Source: an uncultured delta proteobacterium
GTDB taxonomy: Bacteria > Myxococcota > Kuafuiibacteriia > Kuafuiibacteriales > Kuafuiibacteriaceae
Reading direction: 5' to 3'
NCBI GenBank assembly: GCA_963803435.1
Contig: CAWDML010000001.1
Coordinates: 1,056,001-1,120,000 of the forward strand
Length of the DNA: 64,000 nucleotides
The notes below the pieces were generated by a model. It was given only the letters and a program-made list of their open reading frames with translations. It searched no databases and had not been told where the DNA came from. This document shows positions 39,927 to 50,755 of the stretch, piece after piece (positions within the stretch are counted from its first letter, which is position 1; every line of letters starts with the position of its first letter). The position numbers and the translations under genes were made by a program.

Positions 39927-41366
39927 CTCCCTACGCCCAGGTTCTCTTTCGCCTCGGCCCCCAGGGCGAGGACCGCGCGCTCGATCGCCTGTCGCCGCCC
40001 GCCGGCGATGAAGGCGACCGCCACCGGATCGCCCTTGGCCTCGATCGAAAGCGTGTAAAGCTTCTGCTCGGTTCGGTGCTCGAGCGTCTTGAAGTCCTTC
40101 TCCCGGACCAGGACCGCGTCGACCATCTTGAACTGCAGGAGCGGTAGCAGATCCTCGACCTTGCCGACGCGGCGGAGCTTGGGCGGCGCCGAGGCCCCCA
40201 CCAGATCCGCGACGAAGCTGGTGGTCTGCTTGCGACCGAGCTCGTCGACGACCCCCAGCGTCATGGCGGGGAGGCGGGCGCGCTGGACCTCGCCCTGGAG
40301 CGAGGCGGCCAGGAAGGTACCCTCCGCCTGCGCGCCCACACCCCGGAGCCCCGGCGTGAGGCCGTGATCGCGCAGCACCGCCGGCGAGGCGATGACCGCG
40401 TCCGTCCCGTTCTTCTGGATCGCATCGGAGAGGTCGCTCGATCGGGCCACGACGTGGACCTCGACCCCGTTCATTCCACGCCGGAGCGCGGCCTCGAGCG
40501 CGCCGCCGTTTCGGCTCGGCAGGTACACCACGACCCTCGGCTGGCCGGAGGAGGGCGGCGGCGGCGTGACCGTGCGCGCGGCTGCCGGCGTGGCGGCCCG
40601 ATCGCGGTCGATGAGCTCCACCAGGTCGAGCTTGTCGTCCTGCGAGATCGCGCGATCGACCACTGCCTTGGGCGCGGGCTCGGGCGGTTGCGCGGTGGAG
40701 AAGTCCTCCTGGATCGCGACGACCGCGCCCGGCGCCGCGCTGACCTTTCGATCGAGGAGCACGTCCTGGCCGCGACGGATCACCACACGAACCGTCCCAG
40801 GGTCGACCTCCACGCGGGCCGGGGTCATCTCCGCGGGGCGACCGTCGATCTCGAGGAGCAGCTTGTCGGGCGTCGTGGTCACCAGCAGCAGCGCCTTCTG
40901 GGCCTCGGCCGGGCGCTCCTTGCGATCACGCCGGTTCCGCTGCGTCACGCGCCGGGACGAGGAGGACGGAGGAGGCGAGAAAGTGACCGGAGGCTCGCTG
41001 GGAGGCGGCTCCGGCGCCACGATGGCGGCCGCGACGGGCTTCTTGTCGGCCGCCTGCAGCTTCTTGGCGACCTCGAGCAACGTCGTCAAATCCGGATCGG
41101 AGGCGTCGAGCTTGATTGCGGCCTCGAAGCTGACGATGGCCTGGGCGTAGTTCCCGCTCCGTAGCGCGGCCACCCCCCGCTGCCTCTGCTCCTGCGCCAA
41201 CGTGTGGATCGAGTCCACCTCCGGCGGGGGGGCTGACCGCCGCCTCGGGCTCCGGCGGCGGCTTCTGATCGCGCGAGGTGTAGATGAAGTAGGCCACACC
41301 GTTCGCCACCGCGATCACGCCGGTGAAGATCAGCGCGTTGCGAAGCTGTGATGATCGGACGCTCAA
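39911..41366 (-). CDS. Membrane-anchored TPR + PEGA + periplasmic-binding-like protein, frameshift near 41225
   Basis: TM in frame 40926-41366; TPR, VTTTP...IDG..TP PEGA and KVEDLLPLLQF in frame 39911; G-run at the junction. Confidence 0.65.
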
Positions 41367-41375
41367 GGTGTCACC

Positions 41376-42524
41376 TCATGAAAGGACGGCGAGCCAGAAC
41401 CAAGCGGTTGCGACGAGGGAGATGCCGACGATCGTCATCGCGACCCAGGGCATCGACGGCGGCGATGCGAGGGGCGCGTCGAAGTGGAGGTCCAGCGGCG
41501 GGTGTCCGACGTCGGTCTGGGACATCGAAGGCGGGGGAGCGGCTTGAGCTCGACGTCGCCGAGGAGCCGATCGTTCTTGTCGTCGGCGACGTGCATGCGA
41601 TCGCGAACGAGCCCGCCCAGCTTCTGCGGTCCGCGGGCCCAGCCCTTCGCCTCTGCGAGCGGCTCGAGATCGGCCAGGAGATCCGAGGCGCTCGCGTAGC
41701 GCTGCTCGCGGTTCTTCGCCAGCGCGCGGTCGACGATCTGGTCGAGCTCGCGCGGGATCTCCGGATTGATTCGAGGAGGGCTTGGGGACCTTGCTCGCCA
41801 GGACGGCCGCGACCGTCGAGGCCACGTCCGCCCGGCGGAAGAGCCGGCGCCCGGTCAAGAGCTCGTACGTCACCACGCCGAACGAGAAGAGGTCGGAGCG
41901 CGGATCCAGCGGCTGTCCCTTGAGCTGCTCCGGAGACATGTACGCATACTTGCCCTTGACGACCCCAGCCTCGGTCCCGCCCGGTGCTTCGAGGACCTTG
42001 ACCACGCCAAAGTCGGTCAGCTTCACCGCACCCGTCGTCGAGAGCAGGATGTTGCTGGGGCTGACGTCGCGATGGACGAGGTTGCTGTTCTGGCCCTCGA
42101 CGAAGAACCCGGAATGAACGTACTGAAGGGCCCTCGCGACGTTCGTCAGGATCTCGATTGCAGCTCCGAGCTCGACCGTTGCGCCACGCCTGGCGGCGTC
42201 GGCGATGAGACGCTGGAGGGGCAGTCCGTCGACCCACTCCATCGTGAGAAAGTACTCGCCGTCGACCTCTCCGAAGTCGAAGACCTGGACGATGTTCGGG
42301 TGGTTGAGGAGCGCCGCGACGCGGGCCTCGCGGATCAGCATGTCGCGGAACGACGGAAGCGAGGAGTATTCGGCCCGAATGCGCTTCACGGCGCACGGCT
42401 TCTCGAAGCCGCCGGGGCCGACGCTCGACGCCAGATAAACGGACGCCATTCCGCCCTCGGCGATCTTCTGTACGAGTCGATATTTTCCGAATATCTCGGG
42501 GGAGATGGACCCGCTCGCGTGCAT
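41376..42524 (-). CDS. Ser/Thr protein kinase with C-terminal TM helix (two compensating frameshifts near 41770 and 41540)
   Basis: GGMASVY, HRDVSPSN, DFG, GKYAYMSPEQ, DLFSFG; alternate frame EIPRELDQIVDRALAK..RY. Confidence 0.85.
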   Translation of the reverse strand: MHASGSISPEIFGKYRLVQKIAEGGMASVYLASSVGPGGFEKPCAVKRIRAEYSSLPSFRDMLIREARVAALLNHPNIVQVFDFGEVDGEYFLTMEWVDGLPLQRLIADAARRGATVELGAAIEILTNVARALQYVHSGFFVEGQNSNLVHRDVSPSNILLSTTGAVKLTDFGVVKVLEAPGGTEAGVVKGKYAYMSPEQLKGQPLDPRSDLFSFGVVTYELLTGRRLFRRADVASTVAAVLASKVPKPSSNQSGDPARARPDRRPRAGEEPRAALRERLGSPGRSRAARRGEGLGPRTAEAGRARSRSHARRRRQERSAPRRRRAQAAPPPSMSQTDVGHPPLDLHFDAPLASPPSMPWVAMTIVGISLVATAWFWLAVLS

Positions 42525-42852
42525 TCTCGCCCCATCTATGGAGACGCCCTTTGCCGGCCGCAAGGTGCCCCAGCCGGCACCGATGTGGGGCTGCCGCGCT
42601 GGGGCCTCGCCCCTGCGACAACCCGTGCGCATACCGAGTGATACGTGTCCCTGGGGCGCCGGGTCACAGGTGTGCAAAGCACCGCGCCGGTCGCCGGAAC
42701 GCCGCCGGAGTGTGCCCGAGCGGGAAGCGCAGGCGCGAAGCGACCTGCAGGCCGCGAGCGAAGCGACGCGATGCGCACGCGAGGCGCGATGCGGCCGGCC
42801 GCGGGCGACTTCACGTCGCCGATGAGGACCACGGCTTCTGCTAGACTCGAGA

Positions 42853-44365
42853 TTGTTGAACCTGCGCGGCCTCGAGATGTTGCTCGCGCTGACCGGCTGC
42901 ATGCTCTTCTTCGGCATGGTCACCGGAACGCTCACCTTCCTGGACCTGTTCTGGGCGACAGCCGGGATCGGCACCGTTCTCGGGATCACCGCCGGCGTCA
43001 TGAGCGCGCTCTTTCCGCACCTCAAGGAGACCCGGCGCTGGGCGCGCTTCACGGAGAGCGTGGGTCCAAGCCTGACGCTCCACGCCCGAGGCGGCGTGCA
43101 TCGTCCCAGCCTCTCGGGTCGGGTCGCGGACTGTCACGTCACGATCTCGCCGATCGAGCGTGAGGATCTCATCGTCGTCTCCGTTCCGCTCTCGGCCTGG
43201 CAGTTCGAACGCCACGAGATCACGCTCCAGCCGCGGACGGCGCTCAACCGCGAGGAGGCGTCGCTACGGTTGGGCGATCCGGACTTCGACGCGCAGGTGA
43301 TGCTGCGCGGCTCGATCCCCGAGTCGATCGCTGCGCTCGACGCAGAGACCCGCGTCCTCGCCCTCGAGCTGATGCGCGATCTCTCCTTGGAGGTCCGCCG
43401 CCGGCAGGTCATGAAGTACGGGCGCCATCTCGAGCTGGATCCCGAGAGCACCTGGAGCTGCCTGGAACGGATGGCGGATCTCGCGCATCGCTTGTTCGGC
43501 CTCGTTCCCCGCCAGATCAAGCGGAAGCTCGCCGAGAACGCCGAGGCGGACCCCTGCGCCTCGGTGCGCGCGCTGAACCTGCGGCTGTTGTTCGAGTACT
43601 ATCCGCCCGACGAGCGGGCCCTTGCGCTGGGGCGTGCCGCCCTCGACGACGACCACCTCGAGTGCGTGCTGGCCGCCGCGATCGGGCTGGCGGAGGCGGG
43701 CGAGGCGACCGACCGGCCCGAAGCGTTCCGACACCTCGCAGACATCGCGAGGGGTGACACGTTCTCGGACGCGATGCGCTCTGCTGCCATCGAGGCGCTG
43801 GCCCTCCACTTCCCCTCCGAGGCGAGCCTCGTGCTGAAGAAGATCGCGCGGGAGGACGGCCCTCTCCCGAGCGCGCTCCTCTCCGCCATGGTTTCCGTCG
43901 GCCTCGAGCCTGACCTCGACCGCCTGATCCCGCGGGCCCTGATCGCGACCGAAGAGGCACAGCTCTCGCTCGCGAAGAGCGTCCCCGAGCACGGCGCGCG
44001 CTTCGAGCGCCTGGCTTGTGCGCTGCTGGACTCCCGATCCGAACCCGTCCAGCGCCAGAGCGTCGAAGGCCTGCTCCGCGTCGGGACGATCCGATTCCGT
44101 CGAGCCGCTCCTCCCGCTCACCCGCGGGCTGCTTCGGGGCAAGCCGCTGCGAGAGCTCGCGCAGCTCGCGGTGCAGGCCATCCAGAGCCGGATCGAGAAC
44201 GGCGACGAGGGCAGGTTGTCGCTGGCCAATCCCGCCCGCGGCGATCTCGGTTTCAGCGCCGAGCGGGGGGCGCTGGCGTGCGTGGAGGCCGGACCGGACG
44301 CCGTCAAGGACGAATCGCTGGCCAGCCCGCCTCACATTCGGATGTCGAAGCCGCAGCTGTCGTGA
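42853..44365 (+). CDS. Membrane-anchored HEAT-repeat protein, frameshift near 44095
   Basis: N-terminal TMs; LGDPDFD; HEAT repeats; C-terminus SVEPLLPL..AIQSRI..GRLSLA in frame 44018. Confidence 0.65.
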
Positions 44366-44823
44366 CCGAGGCCGCCGATGCAGGTGACCTCCATCGCCTT
44401 CGCGGGCTTCTTCATCACCGACTCGACGACGCCGGCGATCAGCCCGCCCTCGAAGTGGCACAGCGTCCTCCCCACCGGCTTGAGGCCGCTGCAGGTGACG
44501 CACTCGTAGACGTCCACCTTGATGCGGTTCTGCGCGACCATCGGCACCTTGATAATGCCGATCTTGAGCTGGCGACACAGCTCGAGGAACGCGTCGAGGT
44601 TGGTGAGACCGAGCGAGACCCCGAGCTTCTTGCCGGCGATGTACGCGGTCCCCGCAGCACCGCGACCGATGATGTCCTCGAGGGCCACCAGGCGCAGCAG
44701 ACGATAGAGCGCGACGCCCGCGTCCTGACCGAGCGACGGTCGGACGACGTTCAGAGCGTTGCCGATGTCGACCTTCTGCCTCGGTTGCTTCGGGACCGCG
44801 GGAATTTCCAAATGGCTGCTCAT
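44332..44823 (-). CDS. Stand-alone V4R (4-vinyl reductase) domain protein
   Basis: YECVTCSG, LCHFEGGLIAG, EVTCIGGLGHDSCGF. Confidence 0.88.
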   Translation of the reverse strand: MSSHLEIPAVPKQPRQKVDIGNALNVVRPSLGQDAGVALYRLLRLVALEDIIGRGAAGTAYIAGKKLGVSLGLTNLDAFLELCRQLKIGIIKVPMVAQNRIKVDVYECVTCSGLKPVGRTLCHFEGGLIAGVVESVMKKPAKAMEVTCIGGLGHDSCGFDIRM

Positions 44824-44845
44824 CTAATCTTCCTTTCTTCGAGGC

Positions 44846-45951
44846 TCATGATCGGAACAACAACTCCCCCGCCTTCTCGATCGCTCCCGCGAGGCTGACG
44901 GTGTCGGGGCGTGGGCCGACCGTCAGAGTGGCCAGCGCGATCCGCGTGTCGGAGCGCGCGATCGGACAGATGCTGACGCCGGCGCCGTGATCCATCTCGA
45001 GGGTGATGCGACGGATCGCGCCGACCGGGAGGAGCATCTGGGCGCGGCCTTCGAGCTCGCCGAGGAGCCCCGAGAGGGCGGCCAGGCCCTCCTGCTCGCT
45101 CCCGACGCCCGCGATGGTGAAGCCCAGCTCGTCGGCGATCGCCACCGCACGAACGCTCACGCTTCGAGCGATCTCGTGCACGATCTTCTCGAACGCGCCC
45201 GGCGACGCCGGAGCAGGTGGAGCTCTCTCGCCGTCTCCTGCGGCTGCGCGAACGCCAGCGCCTTGAGGCGAGTGTGCTCCAGCTCGAGCCGCTTCACGTC
45301 AGCGCGGAGCACCGCGTGATCGGCGGCCGCCGCGCGCAGGCGAGTGTTCTCCTCGCGGAGGCGCTCCAGATCGCCGAGACGGGAGCGGGCGGCCGCCAGC
45401 TCCATGCTCAACTCCGTGACCTTTCGGTCCATCTCTTGCGCCGACGCTGTCGCCTCGGCACGCCGCTCCGCGTCTTCGAGCGCCAGCGCCAGGGCCGCCT
45501 TCTCCTGACGAAGCGCCGAGGCCTCCTCCTGGAGCCGCTCGACACGCTCCTCTAGCCGCCGCTGGAGCGCGGCCAGCTCCCGATCTCGGCTGGCGCCGGC
45601 AGCGTCACGCTGGGCGCGAAGCTCCGTGGCGACCCGAACGCTCTCCACCAGATCGGCCTCGAGGTCGATCAGCTGTCCCCGCATGCGCTCCCGATCCTCG
45701 ATGACCTCGCGGAGCTGCTGGTCGAGCGCCCGCGCCTCTTCGAGCGCGGCGTCGCTCGCCTGCCGGATCCGGCGGAGCTCTCCCTTGGCTCGCTCCAGCT
45801 CGACGCCCTCGCCCGCTGGCGCGACCCTCACCTCTCGGATCGGGGCGGGCGCCGCTCGGAGGTGGGTCGCACGGGCGCCCAGGAAGCCGACGGCCACGAA
45901 CAACATCGCGCCGATCATCGACAACATCCAGATCGTCTGTTCGGGACTCAT
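44846..45951 (-). CDS. Membrane-anchored coiled-coil protein with C-terminal roadblock/LC7-like domain, frameshift near 45225
   Basis: RBS ggagg; TM; long heptad region; AVAIADELGFTIAG..LAALSG in frame 44846-45181. Confidence 0.6.
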
Positions 45952-45952
45952 C

Positions 45953-46510
45953 TCATGGACCTCCTGTTTGCCGACCGATCGAGATCTCCACGCGTCGATC
46001 GAGGAACCATTGGCCGCCGCTTGAGGTCTGCTCGCCGAAGCCGTGAGACTCCACCCGATCTGCGGCGACACCGAGACGTACCAGCTCGTTCGCCACGGCG
46101 ACGGCCCGGCGCTCGCTGAGCGCCTGGTTGAAAGACGTCGGACCGCGGGCGTCGGCGTATCCGGCCGTGCGGACGCGCTGCGAGGGATCGTCGCGAACGC
46201 GGCTCGCTACGCCTGCGATCGCGGTACGCGCCTGACGATCGAGCTCGGCGGACTCGGTGTGGAAGTGGATCACGGCAGCCTGCGCGAAGACCGGTGCCAC
46301 GGGCGGGCGGACGGGCGCAGGCACAGGCGCAGCCACAGGCGGCGGCGCCGGCGGCACTTCCGCCACCTCGACGGGCGGCATCCGCACCACCTGCTCCACC
46401 TCGGGCGCGAGCACCCCCGGGACCAGGCGGAGGTTGATGTACGCCAGATCGGCCAGGCCCCCGGTGAAGGAGACGGCCGCTCCGAGCAGATATCCGAGAC
46501 CGGCACGCAT
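45953..46510 (-). CDS. OmpA-family protein
   Basis: TM, Pro-rich linker, GYADARG..NQALSERRA, GFGE, DRRVEI. Confidence 0.85.
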   Translation of the reverse strand: MRAGLGYLLGAAVSFTGGLADLAYINLRLVPGVLAPEVEQVVRMPPVEVAEVPPAPPPVAAPVPAPVRPPVAPVFAQAAVIHFHTESAELDRQARTAIAGVASRVRDDPSQRVRTAGYADARGPTSFNQALSERRAVAVANELVRLGVAADRVESHGFGEQTSSGGQWFLDRRVEISIGRQTGGP

Positions 46511-46512
46511 GG

Positions 46513-46950
46513 TCACAAGAACCGCGTCAGCTCGCCGACCGATCGTTTGAGCTCGAGGAAGATCAGCCCCAGCTTCGCCTCGCGCGTGACGAGCAGAAGA
46601 AGGGCCGAGTCCTCCGTCAGCGCATTCACGATCACGTAGCCCTTGGGCGAGCGTACGTAGACCTGCTCCATCTCCGAGCGCATCAGATCGTCCGAGATCC
46701 GCTCGCCGACGCCGAGGAGCGAGGCCGCCATACCGCCGATCAGCTCCTCGTCGACCTCCGCGGGGAGCACGGACGAGACGATGAAACCGTCCATCGTGAC
46801 CACAGCAGCGCCGATGATGTCGGCCGACATCATCCTCAACGCGCGCAGGGCCTCGTTGATCTTCTCGGTGCGCGTGCCCGTCCCACCCGGGATCAGGTCG
46901 CGCGTTTGCCCAGTGCGAGTCTTCTCTCTTCCGTTCGTTCCAATAGACAC
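46513..46950 (-). CDS. Roadblock/LC7 (MglB-like) protein
   Basis: GAAVVTMDGF, GGMAASLLGVGE, AKLGLIFLE; RBS ggag before GTG. Confidence 0.88.
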   Translation of the reverse strand: MSIGTNGREKTRTGQTRDLIPGGTGTRTEKINEALRALRMMSADIIGAAVVTMDGFIVSSVLPAEVDEELIGGMAASLLGVGERISDDLMRSEMEQVYVRSPKGYVIVNALTEDSALLLLVTREAKLGLIFLELKRSVGELTRFL

Positions 46951-46952
46951 GG

Positions 46953-48353
46953 CTACTCCATTCGCCTTCGGAGGCGTTGCAGGTTGGCCTGATAGGCTCT
47001 GTTGTCTGGATCCATCTCCACCGCGAGCTCCCACTCCGCGAGCGCGCGCTCTTGATCACCGAGCTGGAGGTGCTGGAGCCCGCGCTCGAAGTGGCGGTCG
47101 GCTTCGCTGGGACGCGGCTCGAACACCGGCGGTGGAGGGTCGAACGCGCCCAACGGCGGTCGATCGAAGATGCTCTTCTCGTGCCTCCCCGCGCCGCTCC
47201 GCAGACGCGGCGCGGAGTAGGCTCCGAAGAGATCGAACGGGCTGTCGGTGCGCACCGGCGACTCGAAGGGGGCCTGCACCGGGAGCTGGTAGCTCTCCTC
47301 GGTCGTGTCGGCCGTGCCGATGTTCTCGACGTCGGAGGTACAGATCACGATTTCGAAGTCGCCCTCGGTCTGCCCCGACGGGCGGCGCACCACAGCGAGG
47401 TTCTTCTCGCGGATCATGGTCGGCAGATCGCGCCGCTCCGCGAACGCCGCGGCCACGCGTTCTCCGAAGCGCACACGATCGAGATCAGAGCCGTGCCAGC
47501 GGAGGGCCGAGCGCAGCTCCGACGCCAGCGCCACCGCGCTCGAGTACCGATGCTCGGGCTTGGGTGCGACCGCCATCATCGCGATCTCTTCCAGATCCTC
47601 CGGGACCTCGGGGTTGAGCTCGCGGAGCGGCGGCGGGCTCTCGGTCGTGATCCGGTAAATGAGCTCGGCGTCCGTCTTCCCCGAGAACGGCCGCCGGCCG
47701 GCGAGCGCCTCGTAGAGGATCACGCCCAGGCCGTAGATGTCGCGCTGCGCCGTGTCCGGCTCTCCTCGGACCGCCTCGGGGCACATGTACGCGTACTTCC
47801 CTTTGACCAGGCCGTGCCGCGTCCGCCGCTCCGCCACCGACGAGGTGGCCACCCCGAAGTCGAGCAGCTTCGAGTGACCGGTCAGCGTCAGCATGATGTT
47901 CTCGGGGCTGACGTCTCGGTGCACCAACCCGAGACAACGGCCGGTCTCGTCGCGATAGTCGTGGACGTACTGGACGCTCTCACAGCAGTCCGCGATCAGG
48001 TGGAGCAGCGGCATGATGTTCTGCAACCTGAATTGACGCGGCGCCTTCGTGACCAGGTGGCGGAACGTGCAGCCGACCACGTATTCCATCTCGATGAAGA
48101 AGACGCCGTCGAGTGAGCCGAAGTCGAAGATCTGCACGATCCCGGGGTGGCTCAGCTTCGCGGCGATTCCGGCCTCCTGAGCGAACATCTCCACCAGCTC
48201 GGTGTTCTGGGCGTAGCTGGGAAGCATCGTCTTGAGGACGACCTCCTTCTCGAAGCCCTTCGGTCCGCGGACGGTGGCGAGCCACACGTCCGCCATCCCG
48301 CCCGAACCGAGCTTCAGCTTCACCGAATACTTCGACAACGGGTTCGGAACCAT
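46953..48353 (-). CDS. Cytoplasmic Ser/Thr protein kinase with C-terminal TPR
   Basis: GSGGMADV, HRDVSPEN, DFG, GKYAYMCPE; HFERGL..ALAEWELAVEMDPDN. Confidence 0.9.
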   Translation of the reverse strand: MVPNPLSKYSVKLKLGSGGMADVWLATVRGPKGFEKEVVLKTMLPSYAQNTELVEMFAQEAGIAAKLSHPGIVQIFDFGSLDGVFFIEMEYVVGCTFRHLVTKAPRQFRLQNIMPLLHLIADCCESVQYVHDYRDETGRCLGLVHRDVSPENIMLTLTGHSKLLDFGVATSSVAERRTRHGLVKGKYAYMCPEAVRGEPDTAQRDIYGLGVILYEALAGRRPFSGKTDAELIYRITTESPPPLRELNPEVPEDLEEIAMMAVAPKPEHRYSSAVALASELRSALRWHGSDLDRVRFGERVAAAFAERRDLPTMIREKNLAVVRRPSGQTEGDFEIVICTSDVENIGTADTTEESYQLPVQAPFESPVRTDSPFDLFGAYSAPRLRSGAGRHEKSIFDRPPLGAFDPPPPVFEPRPSEADRHFERGLQHLQLGDQERALAEWELAVEMDPDNRAYQANLQRLRRRME

Positions 48354-48631
48354 CGAGTGTCCCGGCACGGCAATCACGCGAGCGCATGATGCAGACAGCC
48401 GGCGACGACGTCGAGGGGGACAAGGGTCCCCGACGCTGCTACCGTGTCCGCAAGATAACTTGCAGACGTCATGTCCTAGAGATCAGCGGTGCGCATCGCG
48501 GGTCGTTCTGAAGCGGGACCAGGCTCCTAGCGTCACGTGTGCTCGACCTGGATCGTGATCCTTCGATCAAGTTGCAGATCTCCGCTCTGCAATCGATGAG
48601 TCGAAGGCTTTGGGACGTGGGTCGTTCGTCG

Positions 48632-49420
48632 ATGAATAGGAAGGCGACCCTACACGCGCGTTCGAGGATCGATCTCGAAAAATTGAATACCTTTACGAAG
48701 CCACCTGCGCTCGCTCAAGATGTGCCCGTGCCGTTCGAGGCGCGGCTTTCGGGGAGATGGCGCCACCGGATCGGATATGCGGCCGGAGCTCTCTGCGGTG
48801 CGACGTGCATCTCGGTGCTCCTCTCGCACGACTTCGAGCGGTGGCGATCTCCAGGACCGGCCAACGTCGGCCATGAGGCGCTCGCCTGCGGCGACTGCCA
48901 TCGCCGCGCGCCCGGCACGATCCGCCAGCAGCTCCAGGCGAACGCGAGGTGGCTCCTCGGCATCCGGGCAGAGGCGGTCGACTTCGGCCTGATGCCCGTC
49001 TCCTCGGAGGACTGCGCCGACTGCCATCGCCGCCCGGACGATCGCCATCCCATCTATCGCTTCGTCGAGCCTCGGTTCGCCAAGGTCCGCCGGGCGATCG
49101 GGGCAGAGCGCTGTGTCTCGTGCCATCGCGAGCACACGGGCTCGCGCGTCACCGTCGAGAACGGCTTCTGCCGCCACTGCCACGAGGAGATCTCGATTCC
49201 GAACGATCCGGTCAACCCGGCCCATCGGGAGCTGGCCCTCGCCGCAGAGTGGACGACCTGCCTTCGATGTCACGACTTCCACGGCAACCATCGGACCGAT
49301 CCACCGACCCACCTCGACGTCGCGATCGGCTCCTACGAGGTCGAGCGCTATCTCGCCGGCGGACCGTCGCCGTGGCGCACCGGTAAGCACACCGAAGCGA
49401 GACGACGGAGATCGCGGTGA
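48632..49420 (+). CDS. Pentaheme c-type cytochrome, membrane-anchored
   Basis: Five CxxCH motifs: CGDCH, CADCH, CVSCH, CRHCH, CLRCH; start uncertain. Confidence 0.85.
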   Translation: MNRKATLHARSRIDLEKLNTFTKPPALAQDVPVPFEARLSGRWRHRIGYAAGALCGATCISVLLSHDFERWRSPGPANVGHEALACGDCHRRAPGTIRQQLQANARWLLGIRAEAVDFGLMPVSSEDCADCHRRPDDRHPIYRFVEPRFAKVRRAIGAERCVSCHREHTGSRVTVENGFCRHCHEEISIPNDPVNPAHRELALAAEWTTCLRCHDFHGNHRTDPPTHLDVAIGSYEVERYLAGGPSPWRTGKHTEARRRRSR

Positions 49421-50253
49421 GCCTCAAGGTCTTCCTCATCTGGTGCCTCGGTTTCGCAACCCTCGCGACGTACCTCTTCGTAACCGCGCCTCCCCCCCTC
49501 GAGGTCGAGGAGGAGAAGCGCGACATCCCCATCGAGACGGCGTTCGCCCTGCTCAACGCACAGAACCAGGAGGCGCGCGCGCTCTACGCCAAGGAGATCG
49601 TCGGCGAGGGAAAGAAGCAGGGCCTCGAGTTCAGCGAGAAGTGGAAGCGCGACGACGTGATCGCCGGGCCGCTGCCCGCTCTGTTCCTCCGCGAGACGGC
49701 GTTCTATCTCGAGTCGCAGCCCACGCGCCTCAGCCTCTTCCTCGGCTCCGACCAGCCGATCAACCAGGCGAACCGCTTCACCGGAACGCAGACCGAGCTC
49801 TTCGAGCACATCAGAGAGACGCGCGAGCCCGAGTCCTTCTACTCGAAGGACACCGGGCTGTTCGTCGCGATGTTTCCCGACCTGGCGAGCTCGGAGGCCT
49901 GCATCGATTGCCACAACGAGCACGCCGACAGTCCGAAGAGGGACTGGAAGGTGGGCGACATCATGGGCGCCACGACCTGGAGCTATCCGAAGAGCCGTGT
50001 GTCGACCGAGGAGGTGTTGGAGATGAGCGAGACCTTGCTCGGCGGCATCGGGCGCGCGTACGGGATGGTCCTGGACGAGCTCGGTGGCCTCCCCAAGAAG
50101 CCCCGCATCGGTAACAAGTGGCCGCGCGACGGCTACATGCTCCCCAGCCAGGAGACGTTCATGAAGGAGGTCCGTGCGCGCGCAGCGCCGCGCCTCATGC
50201 AGGGGCTCTTCGCCGCGGTGAGGAATCACGATGATGACCGCCAAGAGCGCTAG
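49417..50253 (+). CDS. DUF3365/Tll0287-like c-heme sensor protein
   Basis: N-terminal TM; PLPALFLRE, PINQAN, CIDCHNEH, WKVGDIMGA. Confidence 0.8.
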   Translation: MSLKVFLIWCLGFATLATYLFVTAPPPLEVEEEKRDIPIETAFALLNAQNQEARALYAKEIVGEGKKQGLEFSEKWKRDDVIAGPLPALFLRETAFYLESQPTRLSLFLGSDQPINQANRFTGTQTELFEHIRETREPESFYSKDTGLFVAMFPDLASSEACIDCHNEHADSPKRDWKVGDIMGATTWSYPKSRVSTEEVLEMSETLLGGIGRAYGMVLDELGGLPKKPRIGNKWPRDGYMLPSQETFMKEVRARAAPRLMQGLFAAVRNHDDDRQER

Positions 50254-50755
50254 CGTCACAGTCGAGCCCGCGTCCCGGGCCCAACCGAGGATGGGGTACT
50301 TCTATCTCGGGAGCGTGATCCTGACCGGCTTCCTCCTGCAGGCGACGCTCGGGATCTCCTGGCCGGCGCTCGACCACCTCCAGACGACGCTGCCCTACAA
50401 GATCGGGTCGGGGATGCTGCTCCTCGCGTACCTGGGGACCCAGTGGCAGGTCCCGTACCTCAGGATGAGAGGCCGCGTCTCCGCGGCCAGCAAGCGACTC
50501 GCGGAGCACCGAACGATCGGCGTGCTCGGCCCGCTGATCCTCTACCTGCACGCCGCCAAGCTCGGGACCAACTACACCTTCCTCCTCAGCACGCTCTTCC
50601 TCGGCAATGCCGCGCTGGCGCTGTTGAACCGGGAGACGCTCGGGATCAAGGCACGTGGGTTCTGGCTCTCTTGGCTGACGCTGCACATCATCCTCGCGGT
50701 CACCGTGACCACGCTGGGCGCCCTCCACGTCTGCAATGCGCTCTACTACGAGTGA
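50231..50755 (+). CDS. Integral membrane protein with His pairs (possible b-heme binding)
   Basis: 4-5 TM helices; His in EHRTIG..YLHA and TLHII..ALHV. Confidence 0.7.
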   Translation: MMTAKSASVTVEPASRAQPRMGYFYLGSVILTGFLLQATLGISWPALDHLQTTLPYKIGSGMLLLAYLGTQWQVPYLRMRGRVSAASKRLAEHRTIGVLGPLILYLHAAKLGTNYTFLLSTLFLGNAALALLNRETLGIKARGFWLSWLTLHIILAVTVTTLGALHVCNALYYE

